Under the pieces are notes generated by a model. It saw only the letters and a list, made by a program, of their open reading frames with translations. It did no database searches and was not told where the DNA came from. This document shows, piece after piece, positions 1 to 7,900 of a DNA stretch of 64,000 bases. The stretch covers positions 263,926 to 327,925 of the forward strand of contig JBCAXA010000003.1 in NCBI GenBank assembly GCA_038534295.1, written 5' to 3'. The DNA comes from Pseudomonadota bacterium. GTDB taxonomy: Bacteria; Pseudomonadota; Gammaproteobacteria; Steroidobacterales; Woeseiaceae. The first letter of the stretch is position 1. Each line of letters starts with the position of its first letter. Both the position numbers and the translations under genes were made by a program.

Positions 1-75
1 CGAACCGATGGGTTCTCATCCATCACCCTCTAATCCCAGAAAAACAACCGGGGCCAAAGGCCCCGGTATGTTGTT

Positions 76-167
<92 letters not shown>

Positions 168-433
168 GCTGAGAATTCCTGGGTCGCCCCGACGGGGACC
201 GCGTAGGGTAAACCTTGTCATCGATCGTTGCCAGCCGTGCCGGCACTATGCCCGGCGCTTGGCCAGATACGACTACTGAGAGTCTTTGCCGAGGCGCATC
301 ACTTAGAGAATAGAAGTCGCTCGGCGAGGCAATGTCCGTCGATCCGTCGGCTTGCATGACAGGCATGCACGGTCGCATGGTCGCCCGGCACGCGCGATCC
401 TATAATCCCACTGACCCCGGCCCGGAGACACGG

Positions 434-2023
434 ATGTCAATCAACGATCACCTCATCAAGACCGGCGCCGACGGACGTCTCGACGGCACGTCCACGGCTC
501 AAATCGACAAATTGATTCGGCGGCTCAGCAAAGAACAGCGTGTCGTCATTCATCTGCACGGCGGTCTCGTGTCGACCAAAAACGGCATCGCCAGCGCGGC
601 CGAACTCGAGCCCGAGTACGAAGCCGCCGGTGCTTATCCGGTCTACTTCATCTATCGCACGGGGCTGTTGGAGATCGTCCGCAACAACCTCGGCGAAATC
701 GCCCGCGAGAAGATCTTCCAGCGCTTGCTCGTGAAGATCATCAAATTTGTCATGGGCAAGCTAACCGATTTCGGCGGTCGATCGACGTCTGCCGCCTTGG
801 CACTCCCCACCGAACGCGAGGTGCGAATCGAGCTGCAAAAATGTCGACAGAACATCGAACCGTTTGTCGCCGTCGCGCCAGCGCCCGCCGCGGCAGCGAC
901 AGGCCGGGGCGGTGCGGCAGCCGTACGTGGGCTAACGGCAACCGAAAAAGAACAGTTTCTTGACGATCTGTCCACGGATCCCGATCTGCAAACCGAGCTT
1001 CAGGAAATAATCAACGGCGCTGGTGATGTTGTCGGTGAGCACAGTCGCATGGCCGCGCGGGCCGGCGGCAGCGCGGCGTCCCGTGCAACGATGATGTCCG
1101 AGCATGTCGTGCATGAGTTGGTCGGTGACGGCTCCGCAAAAGACGCACGCGGTGTTTACAGCAGCGCAAAGTTCTTCGCTCATGCCATGAAGGTGCTTGG
1201 TCGGGTGATCAGTCGCTTTCGCTCCGGGCGCGACCACGGCGTTTACGCAACGGTAGTCGAAGAGCTAGCCCGCGAGCTCTACCTCGATAATGTCGGCCGC
1301 TTGGTGTGGAACACCATGAAAAAAGAGACGGCGCAGACGTTCGAGTCCGGGTCCGCCGGTGACGTACGTGGTGGCCGCTACTTCGTCGACGCGTTGAGCC
1401 AGATGGTCGCCGCGAGCGAAAACCCACCGGAAATCACCGTTGTTGCACACAGTCTGGGCTCAGTCTTCGCCTGCAACCTAATGGCCGATATTCGCAAAGC
1501 GCAGAAAGACGCTCAGCACCCCTGGCCTAAGGACTACCTCGTCGAAAACTTGATATTCCTCGCGCCGGCCGTCGAGCACAGTGTCTTCGCGAAGACGATC
1601 GGTCGCGACAGCGCAGCATTTCGACATTTTCGGATGTTTTCACTCAACGACACGCTCGAATCGGGTTATTGGGAAGTGCCGGTTGTGTATCCACGCTCGT
1701 TGCTTTATTTGGTGTCAGGTGCTTTCGAGGAAACCGACAAAGGCGACGGCGCATTCGATCGGCCGTTGGTCGGCATGCAGCGCTATCACACTCGAGCCAC
1801 CGTTTACCGTATGGCAGACGTCAAAAAGGTTCGCGACTACCTCAACGTGCGCGGTCTGGCGCGCGCCGTTTGGTCGGAGACGCCGGCTAACGCTCGTGCC
1901 GGGCAACGTTCCGATGCCATCGAGCATGCGACGTTCAACGACGTCAAGTTTCCGCCAGGCGAAAAGAAACGACGTGCGACGGTCGACAGCCTGCGGCACA
2001 TTATTCGTAACGGCATGAATTGA
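434..2023 (+). CDS. Alpha/beta-hydrolase fold protein (lipase/esterase-like, HGG oxyanion type) with a large internal insertion.
   Basis: It has a VVIHLHGG motif (HGG oxyanion hole) and a nucleophile elbow VVAHSLGS (GxSxG-like) about 300 aa downstream. GGAG lies 8 nt upstream of the ATG at 434, which is in frame with the track start at 332. Its stop overlaps the next gene. Confidence 0.6.
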   Translation: MSINDHLIKTGADGRLDGTSTAQIDKLIRRLSKEQRVVIHLHGGLVSTKNGIASAAELEPEYEAAGAYPVYFIYRTGLLEIVRNNLGEIAREKIFQRLLVKIIKFVMGKLTDFGGRSTSAALALPTEREVRIELQKCRQNIEPFVAVAPAPAAAATGRGGAAAVRGLTATEKEQFLDDLSTDPDLQTELQEIINGAGDVVGEHSRMAARAGGSAASRATMMSEHVVHELVGDGSAKDARGVYSSAKFFAHAMKVLGRVISRFRSGRDHGVYATVVEELARELYLDNVGRLVWNTMKKETAQTFESGSAGDVRGGRYFVDALSQMVAASENPPEITVVAHSLGSVFACNLMADIRKAQKDAQHPWPKDYLVENLIFLAPAVEHSVFAKTIGRDSAAFRHFRMFSLNDTLESGYWEVPVVYPRSLLYLVSGAFEETDKGDGAFDRPLVGMQRYHTRATVYRMADVKKVRDYLNVRGLARAVWSETPANARAGQRSDAIEHATFNDVKFPPGEKKRRATVDSLRHIIRNGMN

Positions 2024-2040
2024 GGTTTGGCAACGCTGCA

Positions 2041-3150
2041 ATGACTGCCGCCAGCGACGAGGTACCGAATCCCTACCATTACGCGGTGGTTGTAGGCATC
2101 GACAGCTACCCGTCACAGAAGCCACTCAAAGGTGCCCGCGTCGATGCTCGGCAGTTTGCCAAATGGCTGCGTCAACCTGAAAACGGCGGGCTCAAGCGGG
2201 AAAACGTCGGGCTCGTCGTCGATCCGTCAAAAAAAGACAAGCCACAGACTGACCGCGAATCCGCGGTGCCGACACGGATGCGGATCTACAAAGAGATACG
2301 CAAATTTGTCGAACGCGCTAAGCAAGCCGTCGATGCGGATCCGACCGTGTGGGACAGCACACGTCTGTATGTTTTTTTGGCTGGCCATGGAATCGCGCAC
2401 GGCCGCGAAAACGTCGCGCTGTTAATGGCCAACGTTGGCGACGAGTACCGCAGCGAAAATCTGTCGACCGGCCGAATTATCGATATTCTGAAGCTCCGGC
2501 AGGATTTCGCGGAAGTCGTGATCATTGCCGACTGCTGTCGCGACCGACCGCTGGCGACCGCATTCCCGCCGCTCGACCTCGACCCACGTGTTGGACAGAA
2601 CGGTGAGGTCAAGTGGTCCGTCTTTATGGGTTCGGAATTTGAGCGTCGCGCATTTGAGGCCGTACCGGAGGGTGCTGACCCAAACGATCCCAATCTGTTC
2701 CGCGGTCACTTCACCAAAGCGGTACTCGAAGGTCTGCGCGGTGGCTTCATCGACGGGCCCGTCAATATAGGAACGCTCAAGCAATTCGTTCGCGAGCGCT
2801 TGCGCAAACAGTTAGAAGGCCGTGGCTACGATCAGCGCGCGCGTCTGTTTGGCTACGAAGCCAGTGAAATCGTCCTTAGGCAATCGGCAACCGGTAGTAA
2901 CGACTCGCCTGCGCCGGCCAACGTTGAAATTGTGCTCGAAGTGTTAGCGCCGTTTGTTGGTGACGTTGCCGTGCATGGCGGCGAGAATGTGCAAATTACG
3001 CAGTTCCGCGTAACCGACGATCGTCGCCGCCATCGCGTATTGGCTAATGTCGGTATCAACCGCGTTGTAGCGGTCGGCGAGATCGACCACCGTTTTCAGG
3101 CTGACGGATTCTTCATCGCGCTAGTGGATGACGAGCATGTCCGGATCTAG
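2041..3150 (+). CDS. Caspase-fold peptidase (C14/CHAT-like); the catalytic His-Gly and Cys are present.
   Basis: YAVVVGIDSYPS matches a caspase N-terminal beta-strand, LAGHGIAHG carries the His of the dyad, and IIADCCRD carries the catalytic Cys. An alternative TTG start at 2020 overlaps the upstream stop (TTGA). Confidence 0.65.
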   Translation: MTAASDEVPNPYHYAVVVGIDSYPSQKPLKGARVDARQFAKWLRQPENGGLKRENVGLVVDPSKKDKPQTDRESAVPTRMRIYKEIRKFVERAKQAVDADPTVWDSTRLYVFLAGHGIAHGRENVALLMANVGDEYRSENLSTGRIIDILKLRQDFAEVVIIADCCRDRPLATAFPPLDLDPRVGQNGEVKWSVFMGSEFERRAFEAVPEGADPNDPNLFRGHFTKAVLEGLRGGFIDGPVNIGTLKQFVRERLRKQLEGRGYDQRARLFGYEASEIVLRQSATGSNDSPAPANVEIVLEVLAPFVGDVAVHGGENVQITQFRVTDDRRRHRVLANVGINRVVAVGEIDHRFQADGFFIALVDDEHVRI

Positions 3151-4693
3151 CGTCATGCATCGTGTACCGGTAACGGCTCATTGTCCGGACGGTCCGCTGC
3201 CTATCGCCATCGAGAACAATCGACTGCAAACCGTCGTTGGCGGTTATGGCGAGGCCGAGATCAATCTCGCGCAAGGTCTGTATCGTGCCCGGGTAAATAC
3301 CGGGGCTGAAGTGGCCGAGCGCTACATTGCAATTGCCGCAGGCGAGGACGCTAAAAGCATCGAGGTACCGTGCCGGATGGCGTCTGTAGCGCCAGTGCCG
3401 GGCATGCGCGGCGAATCGCCCGCACTCCTCGACGTCGTTAACTCGGCTTTGCAATCGCCGCCACCGTCTACGTCAGCACGAATTCTGATCTTGGTTCGTC
3501 GCTACGAGGGCACCGGCAAGATTGACACGTCGAATCTGCGCTTGGTCTTCGGCGACGACGTCGTTGCAGACATTGACGAGTGGCAGGCGGACCCGCACGG
3601 GCGCTTCACCTTACTGAGTGCTACGTTACCGCCCGGCGGTTACGGGCTCGAGTGGGCGTACAAGTGGCACCCGCGGTTCTCCAAGGGCGACGAGATAGCC
3701 GACGCGGTAACGTTGTCGCTGTGGGCTTGCGCCGGCTGGACAACCGTGGTGTTCCTGACGACCGACCCAACTATCGGTCATCGGCCGCGCATGAGCGGCA
3801 TGCACGCGCAAATGCGCCGCTTCGGATCGGTCATCGGTGAAGACCAATACGACACCTTGTGCCACCAGATCTCGCAACTGGCTATGAACGGCTTGCACGC
3901 CGGCCGCGCACTAGTACCTGATGACATCGTCAAGATCGTTAATGATTCGCGCTTTGCCGATCCACTGCTCGCGATCGTTGCGGCGCAGGCGCTGCTGTTC
4001 GACGATCGAGTCTCGCCAAGCGAAGTGATCGATACGCGTCGCGGGCATCGCGGTGTTCGCTGGACGCACTTCGATCACCTCGTCAGCACGCTACGTAAAT
4101 TGCTGCCCGACCATCCCGACGTGCTCGGTCTTTTTATGCTCGGCAAGGAGCTGCGCGGCGACCGTACGTCGCGAACCAAGGCAGACCCCATCGTCTGGCC
4201 GCCAATGCTGAATTCTGCCTTCCGCGTGATGATCGATCGCGATTGGCGCGAGCACGGCCTTATCCTGCCCGGCTCGCAGGCCGAGCAAGCCAGTCGTGCG
4301 CTCGTGCCGCACGGGCCATGGACCATGTGGTCCGAGCCGCAGGTTGGCGACGCCGCAGATATCGAAGCGCCTACGGACGAGCAACGTGCCGTTATCGGCG
4401 CGATCGTCGAGAAAGTTCGCGAGGACGGCATTCGACCCGATATACGCGCGCTGCTTGGTCTGGACGTCAGCGGCCGGTGGCGCGACGCCAAAGTCACCGT
4501 CGATCCAGAGCCGCAACGTCGTGTGCAAGCCATTGTTAACGATGCTATGGCATCAGCACGTACGCGCAGCAAAGCCGTCGCTAAAGCAGAGTTACAGAAC
4601 GCAGCGGCGACCATCGCGCTCGACAATCTTCGTCGTGCCAAACTGCCGCTGTCATCGGTAGTCGGCGCACTAGGCGGATTGCAGAAAAAGTAG
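3128..4693 (+). CDS. Hypothetical protein (521 aa), no recognisable motif. Operon member, coupled to the caspase-like gene by a 23-nt overlap.
   Basis: It is a long ORF with coding-like GC3 skew. Start/stop overlap with its neighbours on both sides. Confidence 0.5.
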   Translation: MTSMSGSSVMHRVPVTAHCPDGPLPIAIENNRLQTVVGGYGEAEINLAQGLYRARVNTGAEVAERYIAIAAGEDAKSIEVPCRMASVAPVPGMRGESPALLDVVNSALQSPPPSTSARILILVRRYEGTGKIDTSNLRLVFGDDVVADIDEWQADPHGRFTLLSATLPPGGYGLEWAYKWHPRFSKGDEIADAVTLSLWACAGWTTVVFLTTDPTIGHRPRMSGMHAQMRRFGSVIGEDQYDTLCHQISQLAMNGLHAGRALVPDDIVKIVNDSRFADPLLAIVAAQALLFDDRVSPSEVIDTRRGHRGVRWTHFDHLVSTLRKLLPDHPDVLGLFMLGKELRGDRTSRTKADPIVWPPMLNSAFRVMIDRDWREHGLILPGSQAEQASRALVPHGPWTMWSEPQVGDAADIEAPTDEQRAVIGAIVEKVREDGIRPDIRALLGLDVSGRWRDAKVTVDPEPQRRVQAIVNDAMASARTRSKAVAKAELQNAAATIALDNLRRAKLPLSSVVGALGGLQKK

Positions 4694-4751
4694 TGACGTG
4701 TCGTCGCTGACGGCGGCTAAAACGTCGGTCATAAAGCAGGGGGTAGAAATC

Positions 4752-5675
4752 GTGAAAGCACAAGGAATTCGTAAGCAAAGTCCGGCCGCTGTTTTCGTCT
4801 GTGCGTTCTTTCTGTCCGGTTGCGTCGCCACCGGCCCGTCGGTTGAATCCGCACCCGTGCAGGCGTTTCGCGACAGCGTTGCAACACTGCAGGCGGCATC
4901 TGAAACAGCGTTGGCTGCCGAGCGTGACCGCGCCTATTTTCGCTTTGCGCGCGAGCGCGGTGAGGTCAATGATTTTGCTGCTCTGCAGCTCGAAAGCGTG
5001 CAGCCTATGTCGCCGTTCGAAATGCAGCAGACCGGGAATCCGCTTTTTAGGAGTATCGATTCCGCACACGAGAGTCTCGGACAGCTGCACGACCTACTGC
5101 TTCGATATTGCGATGCGTTGCTCAGCATTTCCGGGCCAGATGGCGTTGCTACGTTCGACGCCGATGCTGAGGCCGGCGCGCTGCGGGATGCGGCTGAGTC
5201 GTTCGCAGCGTCAGCGGACGTCAGTTTGGATGTACCCGACGGTGTATTTTTCGGGTTTGCCGAAATTGCCCGAAACTACCTTGAAAGCCGGCGACGCGAC
5301 GAATTCGACGCATTAATCAACGCCTCACAACCGACGATTGCACGCGTTGCTGAGCTGGCCCAACAGTTGGTCACCCTGAGTGCGCTTGGCCTGCAAGCAG
5401 AATATGCTGCGGCCTACAGTGCAATGACCGACGATGTCGATTCGCTATCGGCATCTCGTCGTGCGCGCTTGCCCACTGACCTTCTCGAGCTGAACGAAGA
5501 GACGCTGCATCAATTGGCGGTCCTTGGCGACCTCAACGCCGCGTACGGAACTCTGCCGTCGACACACGCACGACTTGCAACGGCAAGCTCGGCCCGCGAC
5601 CTAGGTTTGTCGGAGATCGCCGAGTACTTGCGTTCGATTCGTCGCCGCTACAACGAATTCGAAAGGAGTAACTAA
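4752..5675 (+). CDS. Putative lipoprotein of unknown function (lipobox LSGC).
   Basis: A GTG at 4752 follows an AGGGGGT RBS. The N-terminus KAQGIRKQSPAAVFVCAFFLSGC is a typical n-region, h-region and lipobox. It is in frame with the track ORF from 4698. Confidence 0.5.
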   Translation: MKAQGIRKQSPAAVFVCAFFLSGCVATGPSVESAPVQAFRDSVATLQAASETALAAERDRAYFRFARERGEVNDFAALQLESVQPMSPFEMQQTGNPLFRSIDSAHESLGQLHDLLLRYCDALLSISGPDGVATFDADAEAGALRDAAESFAASADVSLDVPDGVFFGFAEIARNYLESRRRDEFDALINASQPTIARVAELAQQLVTLSALGLQAEYAAAYSAMTDDVDSLSASRRARLPTDLLELNEETLHQLAVLGDLNAAYGTLPSTHARLATASSARDLGLSEIAEYLRSIRRRYNEFERSN

Positions 5676-6022
5676 TGGCCATCAGCGCGTTTGATAAGAA
5701 GCTCGAGATTCTCAGCTTTGTCATTTTCCTGCACGGCAAACTCATTCGTCTGGCCCTAGTGCTCGAGCAGATGGGCGAAGACTCCGCGCGCGTACGCGAG
5801 CGAGAGGCCAAAGCGTTACAAACGATCGATGCTATGCGTGCTGCAATGCTCACGACGTGGAGCGGAAACGCTAAATCGGTCATGCGGGACCTGCGCGCGA
5901 TAAACGCAGATGCGCAGCGGCGGGTGAGAGAGCTCGAAAACACTATCGATCGCGTCGGCAAACTGACATCGGTTCTCGAGAGAATCGACAAAGCAATCGC
6001 ACTGGTTCGCAACTTGCTTTAG
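5675..6022 (+). CDS. Small hypothetical protein (115 aa), predicted helical/coiled-coil. Last gene of the operon.
   Basis: Its ATG overlaps the upstream TAA (TAATG). It is rich in heptad-like E/L/R/A stretches. Confidence 0.4.
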   Translation: MAISAFDKKLEILSFVIFLHGKLIRLALVLEQMGEDSARVREREAKALQTIDAMRAAMLTTWSGNAKSVMRDLRAINADAQRRVRELENTIDRVGKLTSVLERIDKAIALVRNLL

Positions 6023-6075
6023 TTGTTCGCGATGTCGCTATGCGGCAAGTAAATTAAAAAAGTTTTTGAGCACGG

Positions 6076-6103
6076 TTGACATGAAACATTCGGTGCGTAT
6101 AGT
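6076..6103 (+). promoter_or_regulatory. Near-consensus sigma70 promoter (-35 TTGACA, 16-nt spacer, -10 TATAGT) facing the tRNA cluster.
   Basis: TTGACA is at 6076-6081 and TATAGT at 6098-6103. A GC-rich structured leader follows (CGGGGCAGG...CCTGCCCCG at about 6368-6430). Confidence 0.45.
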
Positions 6104-6474
6104 TCCCGACCCTATGAGTAAACAGCTCGACAACTTGTTTACGTATCGACCCGGTGGAGAACCGCGCTTGCCCATACGCGCGATTCAACGTCGACGGATT
6201 CGTATGTCCTCGCGAAACGGTAGCGCGATGACGTAGCCTTGCAGCTGACATTGCTGGAAGGCCAAAAGTTTTGTGCCTTCCAGAGCAAATAGGCCCTGGT
6301 TGGTTTTTCCGATCAGGGCTTTTTTGTTGCCCCGATCATTGTTCTTTAACAATGCGGATTGCATGAACAGCGGGGCAGGGTCACGTCTAGTGGCGTCTCA
6401 CGCAGGCGTACACTCGCGTCCTGCCCCGCGAAGCTGGGGCCCTCTTCACGAGAAGTGTCCCCCCACTCAACAAA

Positions 6475-6550
6475 AATCCGGTGGACGAAGGGTTACGTCG
6501 CCAGGCTCTCAACCTGGAAGTTGCGGGTTCAAATCCCGTCCGGATTTCCA
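6475..6550 (+). tRNA. tRNA-Glu (anticodon CUC), CCA encoded.
   Basis: Acceptor AATCCGG/CCGGATT, D-stem GACG/CGTC, anticodon stem CCAGG/CCTGG with loop CTCTCAA, T-arm GCGGG-TTCAAAT-CCCGT, discriminator T and CCA. Confidence 0.6.
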
Positions 6551-6555
6551 ACAAT

Positions 6556-6631
6556 AGACCAGTAGCTCAGTCGGTAGAGCGCACGTCTGATATGCGTGAG
6601 GTCGAGTGTTCAATTCACTCCTGGTCGACCA
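6556..6631 (+). tRNA. tRNA-Ile (anticodon GAU) with an A1.G72 mismatch.
   Basis: D-arm TAGCTCAGTCGGTAGAGC, anticodon stem CACGT/GCGTG with loop CTGATAT, T-arm GAGTG-TTCAATT-CACTC, then CTGGTCG-A-CCA. The 5' acceptor AGACCAG leaves A1 opposite G72. Confidence 0.6.
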
Positions 6632-6685
6632 ATCCGTGCAGCTAAGCCACTTGCAACAGGTGCGCTTACCTGCACGTCAAATTTG

Positions 6686-6760
6686 AGATCGATAGCTCAA
6701 TGGCAGAGCACCCGGTTCTTACCCGGGAGGTTACGAGGTCGAGACTCGTTCGATCTACCA
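6686..6760 (+). tRNA. tRNA-Lys (anticodon CUU), CCA encoded.
   Basis: Perfect 7-bp acceptor AGATCGA/TCGATCT, D-arm TAGCTCAATGGCAGAGC, anticodon stem CCCGG/CCGGG with loop TTCTTAC, T-arm ACGAG-GTCGAGA-CTCGT. Confidence 0.8.
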
Positions 6761-7140
6761 CCTGTGGTTAGATCGTGCCGAAGACCGGCGCCATCTAGCG
6801 GAGCCGCACTTCGGCGTTTTGATTTTTGTCACTGCGCGAGGCGGCTCCGATCTACCACCTTCAAATAGATCGTGCCGCAGATCGGCGCCATCTAGCGGAG
6901 CCGCACTTCGGCGTCGTGGTTTTTGCCACTGCGCGAAGCGGCTCCAATCTACCACCTGTGGTTAGATCGTGCTGTACACCGGCGCCGTCTAGCGGAGCCG
7001 CACTTCGGCGTTTTGATTTTTGTCACTTCGCGAGGCGGCTCCGATCTACCACCTTCAAATAGATCGTGCCGTAGATCGGCGCCATCTAACGGAGCCGCTT
7101 TTCAGCGCAGCTATTATTGCCGCGCAAAGCGGCTGCCCAC
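6751..7140 (+). repeat. Tandem direct repeat of four units with exact 97-bp period (starts 6751, 6848, 6945, 7042). Each unit begins with a copy of the tRNA-Lys 3' end (CGATCTACCACC) and contains a GGAGCCGC...GCGGCTCC hairpin. Units alternate two spacer variants (tgtggtt / ttcaaat).
   Basis: Read directly from the sequence. The fourth unit degenerates after about 55 nt. Track ORFs 6596-7283 on the + strand are repeat artefacts with reiterated peptides. Confidence 0.8.
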
Positions 7141-7239
7141 CACGTTCGCGCATGACTTCAGCGGTTCGGGTTCTGAGTCCCGACTGGCGCGCCGACGCTA
7201 ACCATTGCAACGCGTGTACCGAAGTTTGCCGACCACCCA

Positions 7240-7315
7240 GCGAAACTAGCTCAGCGGTCAGAGCGTACGACCACAAGTCGTAAGGTCGCAGGTTCGAATC
7301 CTGTATTTCGCTCCA
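7240..7315 (+). tRNA. tRNA of uncertain identity. The anticodon loop CCACAAG has C33, and position 34-36 reads ACA.
   Basis: Acceptor GCGAAAC/ATTTCGC with a C7.A66 mismatch, D-arm TAGCTCAGCGGTCAGAGC, anticodon stem TACGA/TCGTA, T-arm GCAGG-TTCGAAT-CCTGT, discriminator T and CCA. Confidence 0.45.
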
Positions 7316-7389
7316 TGGGAATTAGCTCAGTTGGTAAGAGCATACGGCTGTTAACCGTAAAGTCGCAGGTTCGACTCCTGCATTTCCGC
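7316..7389 (+). tRNA. tRNA-Asn (anticodon GUU), no encoded CCA.
   Basis: Acceptor TGGGAAT/ATTTCCG (U1.G72 and G4.U69 wobbles), D-arm TAGCTCAGTTGGTAAGAGC, anticodon stem TACGG/CCGTA with loop CTGTTAA, T-arm GCAGG-TTCGACT-CCTGC. Confidence 0.7.
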
Positions 7390-7900
7390 TAAATCTTCCT
7401 CACTGGAGGATTGCCAAGGGACCAGGCGGTTCGACTCCGCCACCGGCAGGAAACTGCCACAACCGCGGCCGCTTCCGGCGTGCTCGTTGCGGCGAAGCTT
7501 GCTTCGCCAAGGCGAATACGCGGCAGCGTGCTGGCCGGCTCGCAGTTGCTTTGTCGAGTCCGACTTCATGCCCGGTGTTGCCCCAGGTTAATCGCGAAGG
7601 ATTGCGATTAGCCCCGGGTATCACCGCGTATAAGGTCCGCTCGCCAATTGCTGTGCGCCCGCCGACACACTGTGGAAGCGGTCGCATCAATTTCACAAAC
7701 GCACGCATCGGGCGTGCGTTCAATTTCTCAACGACGACAAAGGAGGTGATCCAATGAGCCACGGCATGGCCCGCGTGGTCGATGTCGAGCGTCAGATTCG
7801 TGCGCGCAAGGCGAGGATGCTTCCGTTGTCCGAGCCAGCCACGACGCTGCGCCCGACCGGGCCAGAACGAAACACTAACAACACAAAAGGAGCACGTAAC

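Noticed and set aside
4698-5675. Hypothesis that the lipoprotein or the 521-aa ORF is a bacterial gasdermin partnered with the caspase-like protease.
   Set aside because: No gasdermin-like features are visible by eye. The candidates are longer than typical bacterial gasdermins (240-300 aa), and the gene order differs from known gasdermin operons. This is kept only as something to test structurally.
6751-7140. Possibility that the 97-bp array is a CRISPR array.
   Set aside because: The units are contiguous, with no unique spacers between repeats. The period is 97 bp with internal variation only. No cas genes are nearby.
6596-7283. Four overlapping + strand ORFs (6596-6868, 6826-7062, 6923-7201, 7020-7283) with near-identical peptides (MSLREAAPIYHLQIDRA...).
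   Set aside because: They are reading-frame artefacts of the 97-bp tandem repeat and the adjacent tRNA genes. The repeated peptide simply mirrors the repeated DNA, so they are not genes.
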